Positions 21,710 to 32,512 are shown, counted from the first letter of the stretch. The stretch is 64,000 bases of DNA from an uncultured Bacteroidales bacterium (GCA_900546445.1 URCV01000001.1:11445-75444); one strand, 5' to 3'. Program-made: numbers and translations. Notes: generated by a model not told the origin, from the letters alone.

Positions 21710-22981
21710 TTAGTTATTAGTTATCCTTATCCAGTTTAAGGCTACCGGAAAAGCCGTGTTTCCGCCCAATTCGAGCGTGTGTTTTCCTTTAGTCAACTCT
21801 ATATCTACCAGACGATTACTCCATTCGTTCTGAGTATTCGAAAGGTCCAGAGTTCCCAGGTTCTTTCCATCCACGATTACCTTCAGGGATGTCTCGAAGT
21901 AGGTATTGTACCTGATTTCCAGAGAGTATTTCCCATCCGAAGGAATCTCCACCTGCCACTGGGCAGAAGCGCCTTTTTTAAGGTCTCTCATCTCCAAAAT
22001 GCCCTTCGTGTCGGTGCAAGGGGCGAGATGAAGCACTCCGTCGAAACCGCTATAATGCTCGGCAGGAATGACTTGGCCTACATTATAATAGAGGCTCTTG
22101 TCGAGGGTGGACATATTGACGAAAACCTTCCCGAGGTCGGTCAATCCGAATGGCTTGCTGCTTGAAAGCAGGGAGTTATGGCACTGAGCGTCACCATTTC
22201 CACGCGGAATGAACCAAGCATAGCGCTGAACCTGATCATCGCTTTCGAGAAGGTTAATGGCTTCGACCATATAGTTCATCTGAGCTTCGAGGGAGATGTT
22301 ATTGTTAGCCCAATTACAGAACTCCGTAAGCCAGAGTGGTTTTCCGTACTTTTTGAACTTGTCCACGAACTGCTTCATACCCTGGGCCGAACCCATATAG
22401 CAGTGCAGTGCGAGACCGCTCACATCGTCGAGATTTACCCCAGGCTGTGCGAAAAACTCGTCCAACCACTTCCACGGGTCGTGGTAATCCGCGAGCGTTC
22501 CATAATTCATCGCTGGAGCTATAATCTTCATTCCCAGCTCCTTAGCGATTGCTACCAGCCTTGGCCAATCCTGCGCCGCCTGCGCGGGGGTCATATTGGC
22601 CTGGTCAGTAAGATTCGGCTCGTTGTAGGCCAACAAATACTCGCACTTCGGGTGCGCACGTTTGAACGCACGGAACGTGTCCTCGGACCAATTGGCATTC
22701 CAAGCCATAGGGCAAAAGTCCATCCCGTACTTCTCGAACTGCGCGAAGGCAGCATCGGAAGAGCCCGGGCTCCAATTATATGACCAGCAGATGGCAGGTC
22801 CGAGAGCAGGAATGTCGAGGTCCGGCAATTGGCCGAAATTAAAGCTTACGCCACGCTTGACGCTCTTCGCCTGAAGCGAAGGGTAATCCAGCGCACCGCT
22901 GCCGTTCGACGTGTTTTCCTTTTCGCAGGAAAGAGCCATGCAGAGGCCCAGAAAAACTGTTATTATGGTCTTGAATTTCAT
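21710..22981 (-). CDS. GH128-like (PF11790-type, clan GH-A) beta-1,3-glucanase with a C-terminal carbohydrate-binding beta-sandwich
   Basis: Lipoprotein signal. NEP motif (acid/base Glu: LAYNEPNL), a TE nucleophile (LWLTEF), and a C-terminal ~120-aa CBM-like domain. Confidence 0.55.
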   Translation of the reverse strand: MKFKTIITVFLGLCMALSCEKENTSNGSGALDYPSLQAKSVKRGVSFNFGQLPDLDIPALGPAICWSYNWSPGSSDAAFAQFEKYGMDFCPMAWNANWSEDTFRAFKRAHPKCEYLLAYNEPNLTDQANMTPAQAAQDWPRLVAIAKELGMKIIAPAMNYGTLADYHDPWKWLDEFFAQPGVNLDDVSGLALHCYMGSAQGMKQFVDKFKKYGKPLWLTEFCNWANNNISLEAQMNYMVEAINLLESDDQVQRYAWFIPRGNGDAQCHNSLLSSSKPFGLTDLGKVFVNMSTLDKSLYYNVGQVIPAEHYSGFDGVLHLAPCTDTKGILEMRDLKKGASAQWQVEIPSDGKYSLEIRYNTYFETSLKVIVDGKNLGTLDLSNTQNEWSNRLVDIELTKGKHTLELGGNTAFPVALNWIRITNN

Positions 22982-22982
22982 A

Positions 22983-23936
22983 TTATTGTCTTTCGTAAAC
23001 CTTTATATAGTCGACATACATGCTCGCCTGTCCGTTTGCAGGAAGGGCGGTGATGCCATTAGGGTCGTAAATTCCAGGGAAATTGCCGCCGACTGCGAGA
23101 TTGAAAAGGATGAAGAAGTCGTGGTGGAAATAGTGTCCCGTGCCCCAATCATCCGATACATCGGTAATTCCCATCTCGTAATATGGCTTGGAATTAGGAT
23201 TCTTGTCCAAGTCGACGTACATTCTCAGGTACTGCTCGTCCCACACCAGCGTAAAGAGGTGGAATTCGCCGTCTTGGAGGCTATAAGACCATGTGCTGGA
23301 CTTGGCATAGTTAGGATATGCCATATTTCCGCCGCCCATATCCTTATAGAAACCCCAGTGGCAAGCGCCGTTGAAGTACTTTTCCTGTGTTCCGGCCTTG
23401 ATTCCGTCGGAATGACCCATCTCGAGGACGTCTATCTCGCCACAGCGAGGCCAACCTACGGTCGAGAAGTCATTACCCATCATCCAAAACGCCGGCCAGA
23501 GTCCGTTTGCCGTCTTAGGCAGTTTTATGCGGGCATCGAAGCGACCATACTTGAAGGCTTTCTTCTGACGCGAATTGATGCGTGCGGAAGTAAAGGACCT
23601 TCCCCCGTAGTTCTCGCGCTTAGCCGTGATGATAAGGCACTTAGCTCCTGACACAGGTTCCTTTCCTACAGTGACGTTCTCGCGGCGATAGTACTGGAGT
23701 TCGTTGTTACCGAAGCCATTCCCACCTTCCTCGATATTCCACACGGTCTCGTCGAGAGCGGTTCCTTCGAACTCATCTCCCCACACGAACTTGTAACCCG
23801 GAATGGTGTTCGTCTCGTCTGTCGATGGATTGTCCGGAGTATTAGGTTTATCTTCTTGCCCGCCGGTATCGATAATCGGCTGGCAAGAAGATATTTTCAA
23901 AAAAACTAAAAAAGTAAATAAAATCACTTTTTTCAT
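22983..23936 (-). CDS. GH16 endo-beta-1,3-glucanase (laminarinase)
   Basis: GH16 catalytic motif ExDxxE (GEIDVLEM) and a lipoprotein signal. Confidence 0.85.
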   Translation of the reverse strand: MKKVILFTFLVFLKISSCQPIIDTGGQEDKPNTPDNPSTDETNTIPGYKFVWGDEFEGTALDETVWNIEEGGNGFGNNELQYYRRENVTVGKEPVSGAKCLIITAKRENYGGRSFTSARINSRQKKAFKYGRFDARIKLPKTANGLWPAFWMMGNDFSTVGWPRCGEIDVLEMGHSDGIKAGTQEKYFNGACHWGFYKDMGGGNMAYPNYAKSSTWSYSLQDGEFHLFTLVWDEQYLRMYVDLDKNPNSKPYYEMGITDVSDDWGTGHYFHHDFFILFNLAVGGNFPGIYDPNGITALPANGQASMYVDYIKVYERQ

Positions 23937-23945
23937 ATAAGTTTA

Positions 23946-24680
23946 TTATTTCTTATAGTAGAAGATGGCATCGAGATCGAGAGTCGTGCCAGCTACGCCA
24001 CCGCTAAGAACACTGAAGTAGTTACCCTTGCTTGTAGTGGTGTAGTCGATACCGAAATCAGAAATGCTAATCTCGTACTCATTCCATTCGTTAGCCACGA
24101 ATTTTCCGCTTACAGGAAGGACCTGAGGATAAGGAGTTCCGTTGTCTACGAAGATGCCGTCACCGAAAGAGAATTTGTATTCTTTTCCGTTCCATCCTAC
24201 GATACCACACTGAGGAACACCTGCAGCACCCTTGTATGCGAAGTGGAATTTCCAGTTAGCCATATCAGCTGCATCCTTTACGAATGGGTTTACAGGAGCA
24301 TTGTCAGCTACGTTGAAACCTGCACCTGACCAGCCTACTGTACCTACTACGAATGAGATCCATCCCTGAGCCTCGCCGTAGAAGTTAAGTCCTGAGCATA
24401 CGCCACCGGTATAGGTACCATCCCATACATAAAGGAACTTTGAAGTGTCGTCTACGCGAAGGTCTAATGTAACCTTCTTCTCGATAGCCTTATAAGACTC
24501 TTCATCGAGAGCGATTACAGCATACTCCGATCCCTTGAGGGATTCGTGAAGATTAGCGTTTTCCTCGCCATCCGGGTCTTTCAAACCACCGTTGTTCTTA
24601 GGGTCGTCCTTACCGCAAGAAGAGAAAATACAAGCAGCAGACATTACCACTGCAGAAAGTTTTAAAAGTGTCTTTTTCAT
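23946..24680 (-). CDS. PUL surface lipoprotein (SGBP-like, immediately downstream of susD)
   Basis: Lipoprotein signal ...SSCGKDD. About 240-aa beta-rich protein in the position usually occupied by surface glycan-binding proteins. Confidence 0.5.
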   Translation of the reverse strand: MKKTLLKLSAVVMSAACIFSSCGKDDPKNNGGLKDPDGEENANLHESLKGSEYAVIALDEESYKAIEKKVTLDLRVDDTSKFLYVWDGTYTGGVCSGLNFYGEAQGWISFVVGTVGWSGAGFNVADNAPVNPFVKDAADMANWKFHFAYKGAAGVPQCGIVGWNGKEYKFSFGDGIFVDNGTPYPQVLPVSGKFVANEWNEYEISISDFGIDYTTTSKGNYFSVLSGGVAGTTLDLDAIFYYKK

Positions 24681-24701
24681 AATGTGTTATGTTTTAAAAA
24701 A

Positions 24702-26351
24702 TTAATATCCGAAATTTTGAGTCAAACCACCCAGGCGTACTTCCTCTACAGGAATAGGAAGAAGTTCGTGCTTGCCGGCTACGAATTCCGACATATGTCC
24801 CTTAGCCTCAGTGGTTTCAGTTTCCTTATAAGCGTCCATCACCTCTTTCGCGATGCCCCAGCGGCACAGGTCGTACCAGCGGTGGCTTTCCATAGCGAGC
24901 TCTACGCGACGCTCGTGGCGGATGGCCAATTGGAGATCGGCGTCGGTATCGGAAAGCTGGTGAAGTGCGTAGTTCTTAGAGTAATCCGGAACCTTGTATC
25001 CAGGGAAAGCCGGAAGAATGGACTCTGTTCCGCGAGCACGCGAGCGTACCTTTTCGAGATAGGTCTTCGCAGTAGCCCTGTCGGAAGTGTTCAGTGCAGC
25101 CTCTGCATACATAAGGTATACGTCGGCAAGTCTTATGTCGATTCGGTTAATAGGTGAGCGGGAATCGTGAGAATCCTCGAGGGTCACGTAATTGCGAGTG
25201 TCGTCCAAAATGGTACGCTTGGCGCAATAGTACCTGTTACCCAGATAGTAGTCTTCGGAAGGATTCGTAATCTGTTCGTCGCTGAGAGCCAAGATGCTGG
25301 CGTCTCTGCGAGGGTCTCCGCTTTCGTACTCGTCATAGAGGTTCTGTGTAGGATGGTTGAATCCCCAGCCCACCGCATTGAACCACTGTGAGCGCGAACG
25401 GGTCAGAATGGTAGTGAATGTACCACGTGAGAAACCGTTGCCTTCGCCATAGTCGGATGTTCCCTCTGACATATACTGCACCTCGAATACCGATTCCATT
25501 CCATTCTCGCCTGCGAGGGTGAAGTTGTCGGCATATTTCGGGCAGAGATCGTATTCACCGGCCTGCTGCAGCACGAAGGTAGCTCCCCACTTGGCAGCCT
25601 CCTTATAATAAGCGGAAGCGTCACCAGTGCCGGTACGGCGGCAGTAGTCTCCGAAGTAAAGATTGGCCTTAAGGAGCATAGCCTGTGCGGCGCCCTTAGT
25701 CACGCGGCCGAGTTCCGTGCTCTCGTATTCGCTCTTGTTTATGAGAAGCGGTTCGGCTGTGGTGAGGTCCTCGAAGATGAGGGCGTAGACGTCGGACACC
25801 GAAGAGCGCGGCTGACGCCATTCCTCTGAGCTGTAGACAGGTGTCTTCACGATAGGCACGTCACCGAAGAGGCGAACGAGCCTGAAGTAGTAATAAGCGC
25901 GAAGGAAATGCGCCTCGCCGAGAAGTCTCGAGCGGAGCTCCGTGGTGAAGGTACCGTCCTTGTCTTCCATAAGAGGAATTTGCTCAAGTGCGAGATTACA
26001 GCGGGCAATTCCCTGATACTGCGCACGATAATACTGGAGAACGAGCTCATTGTTAGAGATGGTCTTGAAATTTTCCAAATCGTAGGCTGCGGACATATCG
26101 GAAGTGTTCTGACCGCCTTTCAGAGCGTCGTCGGAGAGGATGTCTCCTATGAAAAACTCACTGTAGTAAGTTCCCTGATACTCCCACATAAGCGGAGTGT
26201 AAGCAGCGTTCACTACCTGAACCGCAGTCTGGGCGCTTGTGAAGAAATCGCCTACTCGATTAGTCATAGGGCCATCTTCACGAAGCCATCCGTTACAAGC
26301 GGTGAGTGGCAGAAGAGCGCACACTATCAATTTCTTATATGACTTTTTCAT
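24702..26351 (-). CDS. susD: SusD/RagB-family nutrient-binding outer-membrane lipoprotein
   Basis: Lipoprotein signal (LLPLTAC), TPR-like helical SusD architecture, and a position directly after susC. Confidence 0.85.
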   Translation of the reverse strand: MKKSYKKLIVCALLPLTACNGWLREDGPMTNRVGDFFTSAQTAVQVVNAAYTPLMWEYQGTYYSEFFIGDILSDDALKGGQNTSDMSAAYDLENFKTISNNELVLQYYRAQYQGIARCNLALEQIPLMEDKDGTFTTELRSRLLGEAHFLRAYYYFRLVRLFGDVPIVKTPVYSSEEWRQPRSSVSDVYALIFEDLTTAEPLLINKSEYESTELGRVTKGAAQAMLLKANLYFGDYCRRTGTGDASAYYKEAAKWGATFVLQQAGEYDLCPKYADNFTLAGENGMESVFEVQYMSEGTSDYGEGNGFSRGTFTTILTRSRSQWFNAVGWGFNHPTQNLYDEYESGDPRRDASILALSDEQITNPSEDYYLGNRYYCAKRTILDDTRNYVTLEDSHDSRSPINRIDIRLADVYLMYAEAALNTSDRATAKTYLEKVRSRARGTESILPAFPGYKVPDYSKNYALHQLSDTDADLQLAIRHERRVELAMESHRWYDLCRWGIAKEVMDAYKETETTEAKGHMSEFVAGKHELLPIPVEEVRLGGLTQNFGY

Positions 26352-26354
26352 AAA

Positions 26355-29300
26355 CTAAAAATTCAAATTAAGGCCTAACATAAAAGTTCTGGACTGAGGA
26401 TAGTTACCGTAATCCACACCACCTCCGACCTCAGGGTCGTAACCGGTGTATCCGGTGAGGGTAAGAAGGTTATTCGCAGAGACATAGACGCGAGCCCTGC
26501 TTATGTGCATCTTTTCGGTAAACGAAGCAGGAAGGGTGTAGCCGAGCTGCACGTTCTTAAGACGCAGGTAGCTTCCGTCTTCTACGTAACGACTGTTAGT
26601 CTCGAAGTTACGAGAACTGCCCTTAGGGTTAGGAATGCTTCCGTCAGGGTTACTCTCCGACCACACGTCGCGCATGGTAGTGCTTAGCGTAGCCTCGTTA
26701 CCTGTACCCTCGGTACGAAGACGAAGGGCATTGTAAATCTTCGAGCCATAGACACCCTGAAGGAAAAGCTGCAGATCGAATCCGCGCCACTCGGCACCGA
26801 AGTTTAGTCCGTAGGTGAGCCACGGGAAAGGATTGCCCAGATTTGTGCGGTCGCTTTCGTCTATCTTTCCGTTACCGTCCAAATCGACGAACTTCGCATC
26901 GCCCACGCTTATGCCTGTAGCAGCACCATCTGCCCACAAATGCTCGTCGATTTCGGCCTGACTGCGATAAATTCCATCGTATTTATAGCCCCAGAACGTG
27001 TACAGCGGCAGTCCCTGGTCGCAGACGGTCTTGTCGCCCCAGACCTTTTCGCCGCCGTTCAGTGCGGTCAGCTCATTCTTGATGAAGGATGCGTTGCCTC
27101 CTATGCTGTAGGCCAATTCGCCCGCCTGGTTTCTGTAGTTCATGGTAAGTTCGACGCCGCGATTGGCCACAGTGCCGACATTGGCAATGGCTGAATAGCG
27201 ATTACCCACGTGTGCCGGAGCCGAGACGCTCAGGAGCATATCCTTAGTGTCGCGCTCGAAAGCTTCCACCGTACCGGTGAGCTTGTCGCCCCACAGTCCG
27301 AAGTCGAGACCGATGTTGAATTGCTCGGTGGTCTCCCATTTGCCGCCATTATTAACGTAGGTAAGGATAGTAGCGCCGTGAGCAAGGGACTGCGTAGAAC
27401 CGAATACGTAGTCTACGAAGGTAGGACCGTTATTCATCATAGTGAGGGTGAATGAGTTCTCCCCTACCTTGTCGTTACCGATGCGTCCCCATCCTGCGCG
27501 GAGCTTGAGGTCGCTGAGAGCATCCACATCCTGCATCCAATCCTCGCTTGAGATTCGCCAAGCAGCTGCGGCAGAAGGGAAAAAGCCCCAAGTGTGCTCC
27601 TTGAACTTAGATGAACCGTCTGCACGGAAATTCAAGGTGAGCATATAACGGCTGTCATAAGAATAATGGGCACGACCCAGGAATGACAGACGACGGGTTC
27701 TTCCTGCAGAATCACCTGCCTTATTCTGAAGCTCGGTGGTCTGAGAGAGATACCAATTGGTCTTCACCGGATTAAGTATGCTTGAACCTGACCCTCCTAT
27801 GGTCTCGTAACTATATTCCTCGGCAGTCTGACCTACCATGGCCGAGAAGCTATGCTTTCCTATTTCTCCTGTATAGGTGAGTGTATTTTCCACTATGATA
27901 GTCTGATATCTTCCCATACTGGATTCGAGGAAGTTCTTGTCCGTCTTGTCGAAATCGGAATGCTTGTATGCCTCCTTGAAGAGCTTGTGACGGGTGTTGG
28001 TAAGGTCCATACTTACGTCGCTCCTCCACACGAGCTGCTTTATAGGCTTGATTTCGAGGAAGATGTCACCTACCCAGCGCTCCGTCTTGTCGGAAGGATG
28101 AGAATGCTCGACCATAGAAAGAGGGTTCGTGACATTCTTGAAGTTAGACGCTGCTGAGATGAGACCGCTCATATCGGAACCGTCGCGGCTTACCGAGCCC
28201 TGCGGATAGCGTGCAGGATCCCACGGTGCCATGGCGATGGCTGCCGAAAGCACGGAAGCGGCAGGAGAACTGTTGTTGTTCATCGCGTTACGACCCGATG
28301 AGGTCATAAACGTGAGGTTCTCTCCTACCTTAATATATTTACCTATGTTATGCGCAGAGTTGAAGCGCAGGGACATACGGTTGAAGTCGGACCCGATGAT
28401 GGTACCGTCCTGGTCGAAGACGTTAGCACTCATAGACCAATACCCGTCCTTGTTACCTCCGTCTGCGCTAAGGTGATAGTTCTGAATCACAGCATTACGG
28501 AACACCTCATCCTGCCAATCGGTATCGATGGAAGAATAGTCGATGTTCTTAGGATAGTAATTGGACTTACCTATGAGATACGCTCTTACCCAAGCATCTA
28601 TACCTTTATTATTAAGTACCGTTACCTGTGAAGGTACGCCGGATGCGTTAGCCAGGAACGATGCGAACTCCGATGCGTTCATAAGATCGAGAGTGCGCCA
28701 CCTGCTCTGTATGCCGGCATAAGCGTCGAAAGACACTCTTACGGTTCCATCTGTCTCACCCTTACGGGTAGTCACGAGGATGACACCGTTAGCACCGCGC
28801 GAACCATATATGGCAGTAGCGGAAGCATCCTTAAGAATCTCGGTAGAAGCGATGTCGTTAGGGCTCAGGTAATTAATGTTATCTACGATGACACCGTCCA
28901 CTACATAGATAGGAGCACTGTTGTTCACCGTGCCAATTCCCCTGATTCTAACCTCCGCGCTCGCGCCCGGCTGGCCTGAACCCGAATTCACGGTCACACC
29001 TGCGGCCACGCCCTGAAGTGCTTGGTCCAATCCGGCTGCCGGAGTCTTCTGGAGCTGTTCGCCCTTTACCGAAGACACCGCTCCGGTAAGGTCGCTCTTT
29101 TTCACAACACCATAGCCGATGGCCACCACCTCTTCGAGAACCAGAGAATCAGTCTCGAGGTAAACATCGAAAGTACCTTCACTCTCGACTACCAATTCCT
29201 TATCGGCAAAACCGAAAGAAGTAAAGACGAGAGTCTCGCCCTTTTTAACTTTTATAGTATAAACGCCGTCGAAGTCGGTAGACGTTCCGCTCAATGTACC

Positions 29301-29435
29301 CTTTACCATAACGGCCACGCCCGGGAGTGGCTGAGAATCGTCAGCTGAAAACACTCTTCCCGTAAGCGTGAGAGTCTGTGCGAAACAAACCTCGACTAAA
29401 AACAAAAAGAAAACGATAAATGAAAATTTTCTCAT
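26355..29435 (-). CDS. susC: SusC/RagA-family TonB-dependent outer-membrane transporter
   Basis: 1026 aa. N-terminal carboxypeptidase-regulatory-like domain, a TonB box/plug, and a C-terminal barrel ending ...GLNLNF. Confidence 0.9.
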   Translation of the reverse strand: MRKFSFIVFFLFLVEVCFAQTLTLTGRVFSADDSQPLPGVAVMVKGTLSGTSTDFDGVYTIKVKKGETLVFTSFGFADKELVVESEGTFDVYLETDSLVLEEVVAIGYGVVKKSDLTGAVSSVKGEQLQKTPAAGLDQALQGVAAGVTVNSGSGQPGASAEVRIRGIGTVNNSAPIYVVDGVIVDNINYLSPNDIASTEILKDASATAIYGSRGANGVILVTTRKGETDGTVRVSFDAYAGIQSRWRTLDLMNASEFASFLANASGVPSQVTVLNNKGIDAWVRAYLIGKSNYYPKNIDYSSIDTDWQDEVFRNAVIQNYHLSADGGNKDGYWSMSANVFDQDGTIIGSDFNRMSLRFNSAHNIGKYIKVGENLTFMTSSGRNAMNNNSSPAASVLSAAIAMAPWDPARYPQGSVSRDGSDMSGLISAASNFKNVTNPLSMVEHSHPSDKTERWVGDIFLEIKPIKQLVWRSDVSMDLTNTRHKLFKEAYKHSDFDKTDKNFLESSMGRYQTIIVENTLTYTGEIGKHSFSAMVGQTAEEYSYETIGGSGSSILNPVKTNWYLSQTTELQNKAGDSAGRTRRLSFLGRAHYSYDSRYMLTLNFRADGSSKFKEHTWGFFPSAAAAWRISSEDWMQDVDALSDLKLRAGWGRIGNDKVGENSFTLTMMNNGPTFVDYVFGSTQSLAHGATILTYVNNGGKWETTEQFNIGLDFGLWGDKLTGTVEAFERDTKDMLLSVSAPAHVGNRYSAIANVGTVANRGVELTMNYRNQAGELAYSIGGNASFIKNELTALNGGEKVWGDKTVCDQGLPLYTFWGYKYDGIYRSQAEIDEHLWADGAATGISVGDAKFVDLDGNGKIDESDRTNLGNPFPWLTYGLNFGAEWRGFDLQLFLQGVYGSKIYNALRLRTEGTGNEATLSTTMRDVWSESNPDGSIPNPKGSSRNFETNSRYVEDGSYLRLKNVQLGYTLPASFTEKMHISRARVYVSANNLLTLTGYTGYDPEVGGGVDYGNYPQSRTFMLGLNLNF

Positions 29436-29680
29436 ACAATAGTTACTTTTCAGTGTTTTTCGACTGCAAATATATATGATTGAACTGTTCTTTGTTACGT
29501 TTTTACTTCACAAAAACTCAACAAAAAAATAATTTTTACTTTTTCTCCCCCTACACAAACTCAACAAAACACGCATAATATTTTAATTATCAGTTTTATA
29601 AATATATTTAATAATTCACTAAAAAATTTTATTAATGAAAAATCACCCCTACAAAAGGAAATTATTATATTTGTAAAAAA

Positions 29681-32512
29681 TTGAGGCTTATGAAACGCTT
29701 GTTTTTGTCGATTTCCCTTTTATTCTGCTGCATTTATGCCGGCGGATATTACCCGGTAGTAAAGAACTATACTAAAAATGAGTATAAGGGAAGCAGTAAG
29801 ACTTGGCATATAACACAGAGTAGTTGCGGAAATATCTGGGCTGCGAACAACTCCGGAATTCTGGAATTCGACGGACGCGAATGGAGTATCATAGAGGCGA
29901 AGAACAAGACCGCCATGCGTTCCCTTCTATTCGACGAAGACAGCGACAGGCTCTACTTCGGGGCAATTAACGAAACAGGCTACCTCGACTTTCACGATCG
30001 CAGGCACATTAACTATGTGTCCCTACTCGACACCCTCAGTAATAGCATAAACGACATCTGGGCCATACATAAGATAAAGGACACTCTTTATTTTAGGGAA
30101 AACAACCGAGTGTTCAGTCTATGTAACGGGCAGGTGCGAGAATACGGCTTTCCTAACAAGGTGAGCGTCTCGGAAGTCATAGACGGCTCTCTTTACATAT
30201 TCGTAAACTCCATAGGAGTACTTAGGCAAGGCGCCGACGGAGAATTCGAGAGAGTGCCGGGAACGGAAGGCCTGGGAAGGCTTAATATATGCGCCATAAA
30301 GAAAATCTCCGACGACACGATAGAGATAGTCAGCGCCACCAACGGCCTATATCATCTCACTAACGGCGTACTCACTAAAAAGACAAGCCCCCTGGGCGAC
30401 TCTTTGGAAAAGGCCATCGCCTACTGCTGTGCGGTATCCGAAAACTACAGGGCCTACGGTACGGTCAATAACGGAGTCTATATCCTCGACACTCTCGATA
30501 ACAGCATTATCCACCTGAACACTACGTCAGGACTTCAGAACAACACTGTCCTCAGTCTATTTTTCGACAAACAGAAGAACCTGTGGTTAGGTCTTGACAA
30601 GGGAATAGACCTAATCGAGCTTAACTCAGCAGAGTACAGGCTATTCGCGGCCAACGACCTGATAGGAGCCGGATACACATCGGAAGTATTCGACGACAAA
30701 CTCTGGCTGGGAACGAATCAGGGCCTCTATTACTGCCCGTTCCACGGCTCCGCCAAGGAGGTCAAGGACTCGGCGATAAAGCCTTTCCCTGAGCTAAAGG
30801 GACAGATGTGGCAGCTTCTCGCCTACGACGGCGTGATGTTCGCATGTGCGGACAGAGGGCTGGGAATAATCTCGGCCGACGGAAAGTTCGATTTCATCAG
30901 AATGAACGGAGTGTGGAAGGTCATTCCTCTGGAAACACAGCCAGGGCGAATGCTTGGCTGTAGTTACGACAGACTTTTCCTCTTAAAAAAGTCTGCCGGA
31001 AGATGGAAATTCGACAAATGGATAGAGGGATTCAACGAAAGTAGCAAGGTTTTCGAAGAAGATAAGGATGGAAGCATCTGGTTTAGCCACTGGATTAAGG
31101 GATTGTATAACCTACAGATAGACTACGGGAAAGGAGAGGTCCTAAAGGAGAAATTCCTCTCCCGCGAGCACAATTTTCCACAAGACTGGAGCAATACCCC
31201 GGTAAAATTGGACGGAAACATCATCTTCCAGACGGCCGACGGATTCTATAGTTTCGACAAGAGCCTTAACAAAGCCGTGCCTATCGATTCCTTGAACACA
31301 CTGTTTTCGTCCAGGCCTATCGGAATGGGCATCTACAAGCTTAAGAATTCCGACTACTTCTTTTCTTCGTCGTCGATTCAGGCTCTCTACTACAAATCAT
31401 CTGAAAATTATGTTATGGACAGCCTGTCGCTGAGTTCATTGGTGTCCAGAAGAATTACAGGATTCGAGGATTTGAGGGAATTTGACGAAGGCGTGCTTAT
31501 GCTGAATACCGAAGACGGATTCTCCATCATTATGGAAGACCTTATAAAGGACAAATCGAACCTGTCTTATAACAATCTATACATTAAGGAAATCGCCGTG
31601 GCCAAGCCTACCGGAGATTCCGTCATCTTCGAATCCAGGAATCTGGAGGCACAGAAGACGAAGGTCGTAGTGCCTTTTAAGGATAATTCGCTGAAATTCA
31701 AGGTAGCGCTTCCTACATTCAATAGTGAAGACAAAGTCCGCTTCAGCTATAGGCTTAAAGGCTATGATAGCGGCTGGTCCCCTTTCCAAGAAGATGAGCA
31801 TAAGGAATACACCCGCATATCTCCGGGAGAATTCACCTTCCAGGTCAGGGCGAGCGTGCCGAACTCTACCGAGATGATTACCGCAGAAATTCCTGTAAAA
31901 ATACTCAAGCCGTGGTATTTGAAGGGCTGGATAATCATCTGTTACATAACGGCTTTCCTTTTCGCACTCATAGCCCTGTGCTTTTACCTTAAAAAACGCA
32001 TCGAGGCGAGCGTAAACAAGCGGCAGAAAGAAAAGGAGAACATCGAGAAAGAGAATAGGATGCGTAATGAGCTGAAAATGAAGGCGGACGAATTGGCCTC
32101 TTCTACGATGAACCTGATAAGGAAGAACGAGATTCTGCAGAAAATCGATGCCGAGTTGCAGAAGGCTTCGGACAATCTGGTAGAGGACAGGAACAAGTCC
32201 CTGCGCATAATAAGCAAGATTAGGTCGGACATTAAGGAAAACATAAGTCACGACAACAGTTGGAACCGTTTCGAAAAGAATTTCGACCTGGTGTACGTGG
32301 ATTTCTTGAAAAAGCTCGAGGATGCTCACCCGGGTCTTTCCACGACCGACAAGAAACTGTGCGCCTACCTCAAGATGGGACTGTCATCAAAAGAGATAGC
32401 TCCGCTTCTCAACATCACTGTCAGAAGCGTGGAAATGAACAGATACCGGGTTCGCAAGAAACTCGGGCTGGGACGAGAGGATAATCTGATGGACTACCTG
32501 GGCAGATTCTAG
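29681..32512 (+). CDS. Membrane sensor-regulator: periplasmic beta-propeller/Y_Y_Y domain, one TM helix, coiled coil, C-terminal LuxR-type HTH. It has no His-kinase or receiver domain.
   Basis: Signal peptide. Repeated propeller blades (WxGTxxGLxxxD-like). TM WIIICYITAFLFALIALCFYL. C-terminal GerE/LuxR HTH (LSSKEIAPLLNITVRSVEMNRYRVRKKLG). Divergent from the PUL. Confidence 0.7.
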   Translation: MRLMKRLFLSISLLFCCIYAGGYYPVVKNYTKNEYKGSSKTWHITQSSCGNIWAANNSGILEFDGREWSIIEAKNKTAMRSLLFDEDSDRLYFGAINETGYLDFHDRRHINYVSLLDTLSNSINDIWAIHKIKDTLYFRENNRVFSLCNGQVREYGFPNKVSVSEVIDGSLYIFVNSIGVLRQGADGEFERVPGTEGLGRLNICAIKKISDDTIEIVSATNGLYHLTNGVLTKKTSPLGDSLEKAIAYCCAVSENYRAYGTVNNGVYILDTLDNSIIHLNTTSGLQNNTVLSLFFDKQKNLWLGLDKGIDLIELNSAEYRLFAANDLIGAGYTSEVFDDKLWLGTNQGLYYCPFHGSAKEVKDSAIKPFPELKGQMWQLLAYDGVMFACADRGLGIISADGKFDFIRMNGVWKVIPLETQPGRMLGCSYDRLFLLKKSAGRWKFDKWIEGFNESSKVFEEDKDGSIWFSHWIKGLYNLQIDYGKGEVLKEKFLSREHNFPQDWSNTPVKLDGNIIFQTADGFYSFDKSLNKAVPIDSLNTLFSSRPIGMGIYKLKNSDYFFSSSSIQALYYKSSENYVMDSLSLSSLVSRRITGFEDLREFDEGVLMLNTEDGFSIIMEDLIKDKSNLSYNNLYIKEIAVAKPTGDSVIFESRNLEAQKTKVVVPFKDNSLKFKVALPTFNSEDKVRFSYRLKGYDSGWSPFQEDEHKEYTRISPGEFTFQVRASVPNSTEMITAEIPVKILKPWYLKGWIIICYITAFLFALIALCFYLKKRIEASVNKRQKEKENIEKENRMRNELKMKADELASSTMNLIRKNEILQKIDAELQKASDNLVEDRNKSLRIISKIRSDIKENISHDNSWNRFEKNFDLVYVDFLKKLEDAHPGLSTTDKKLCAYLKMGLSSKEIAPLLNITVRSVEMNRYRVRKKLGLGREDNLMDYLGRF

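Noticed and set aside
29436-29680. AT-rich 245-bp stretch with A/T runs between susC and the regulator gene
   Set aside because: It is consistent with an ordinary divergent promoter region, AT-rich as is typical upstream of Bacteroidetes PULs. There is no repeat structure or coding potential.
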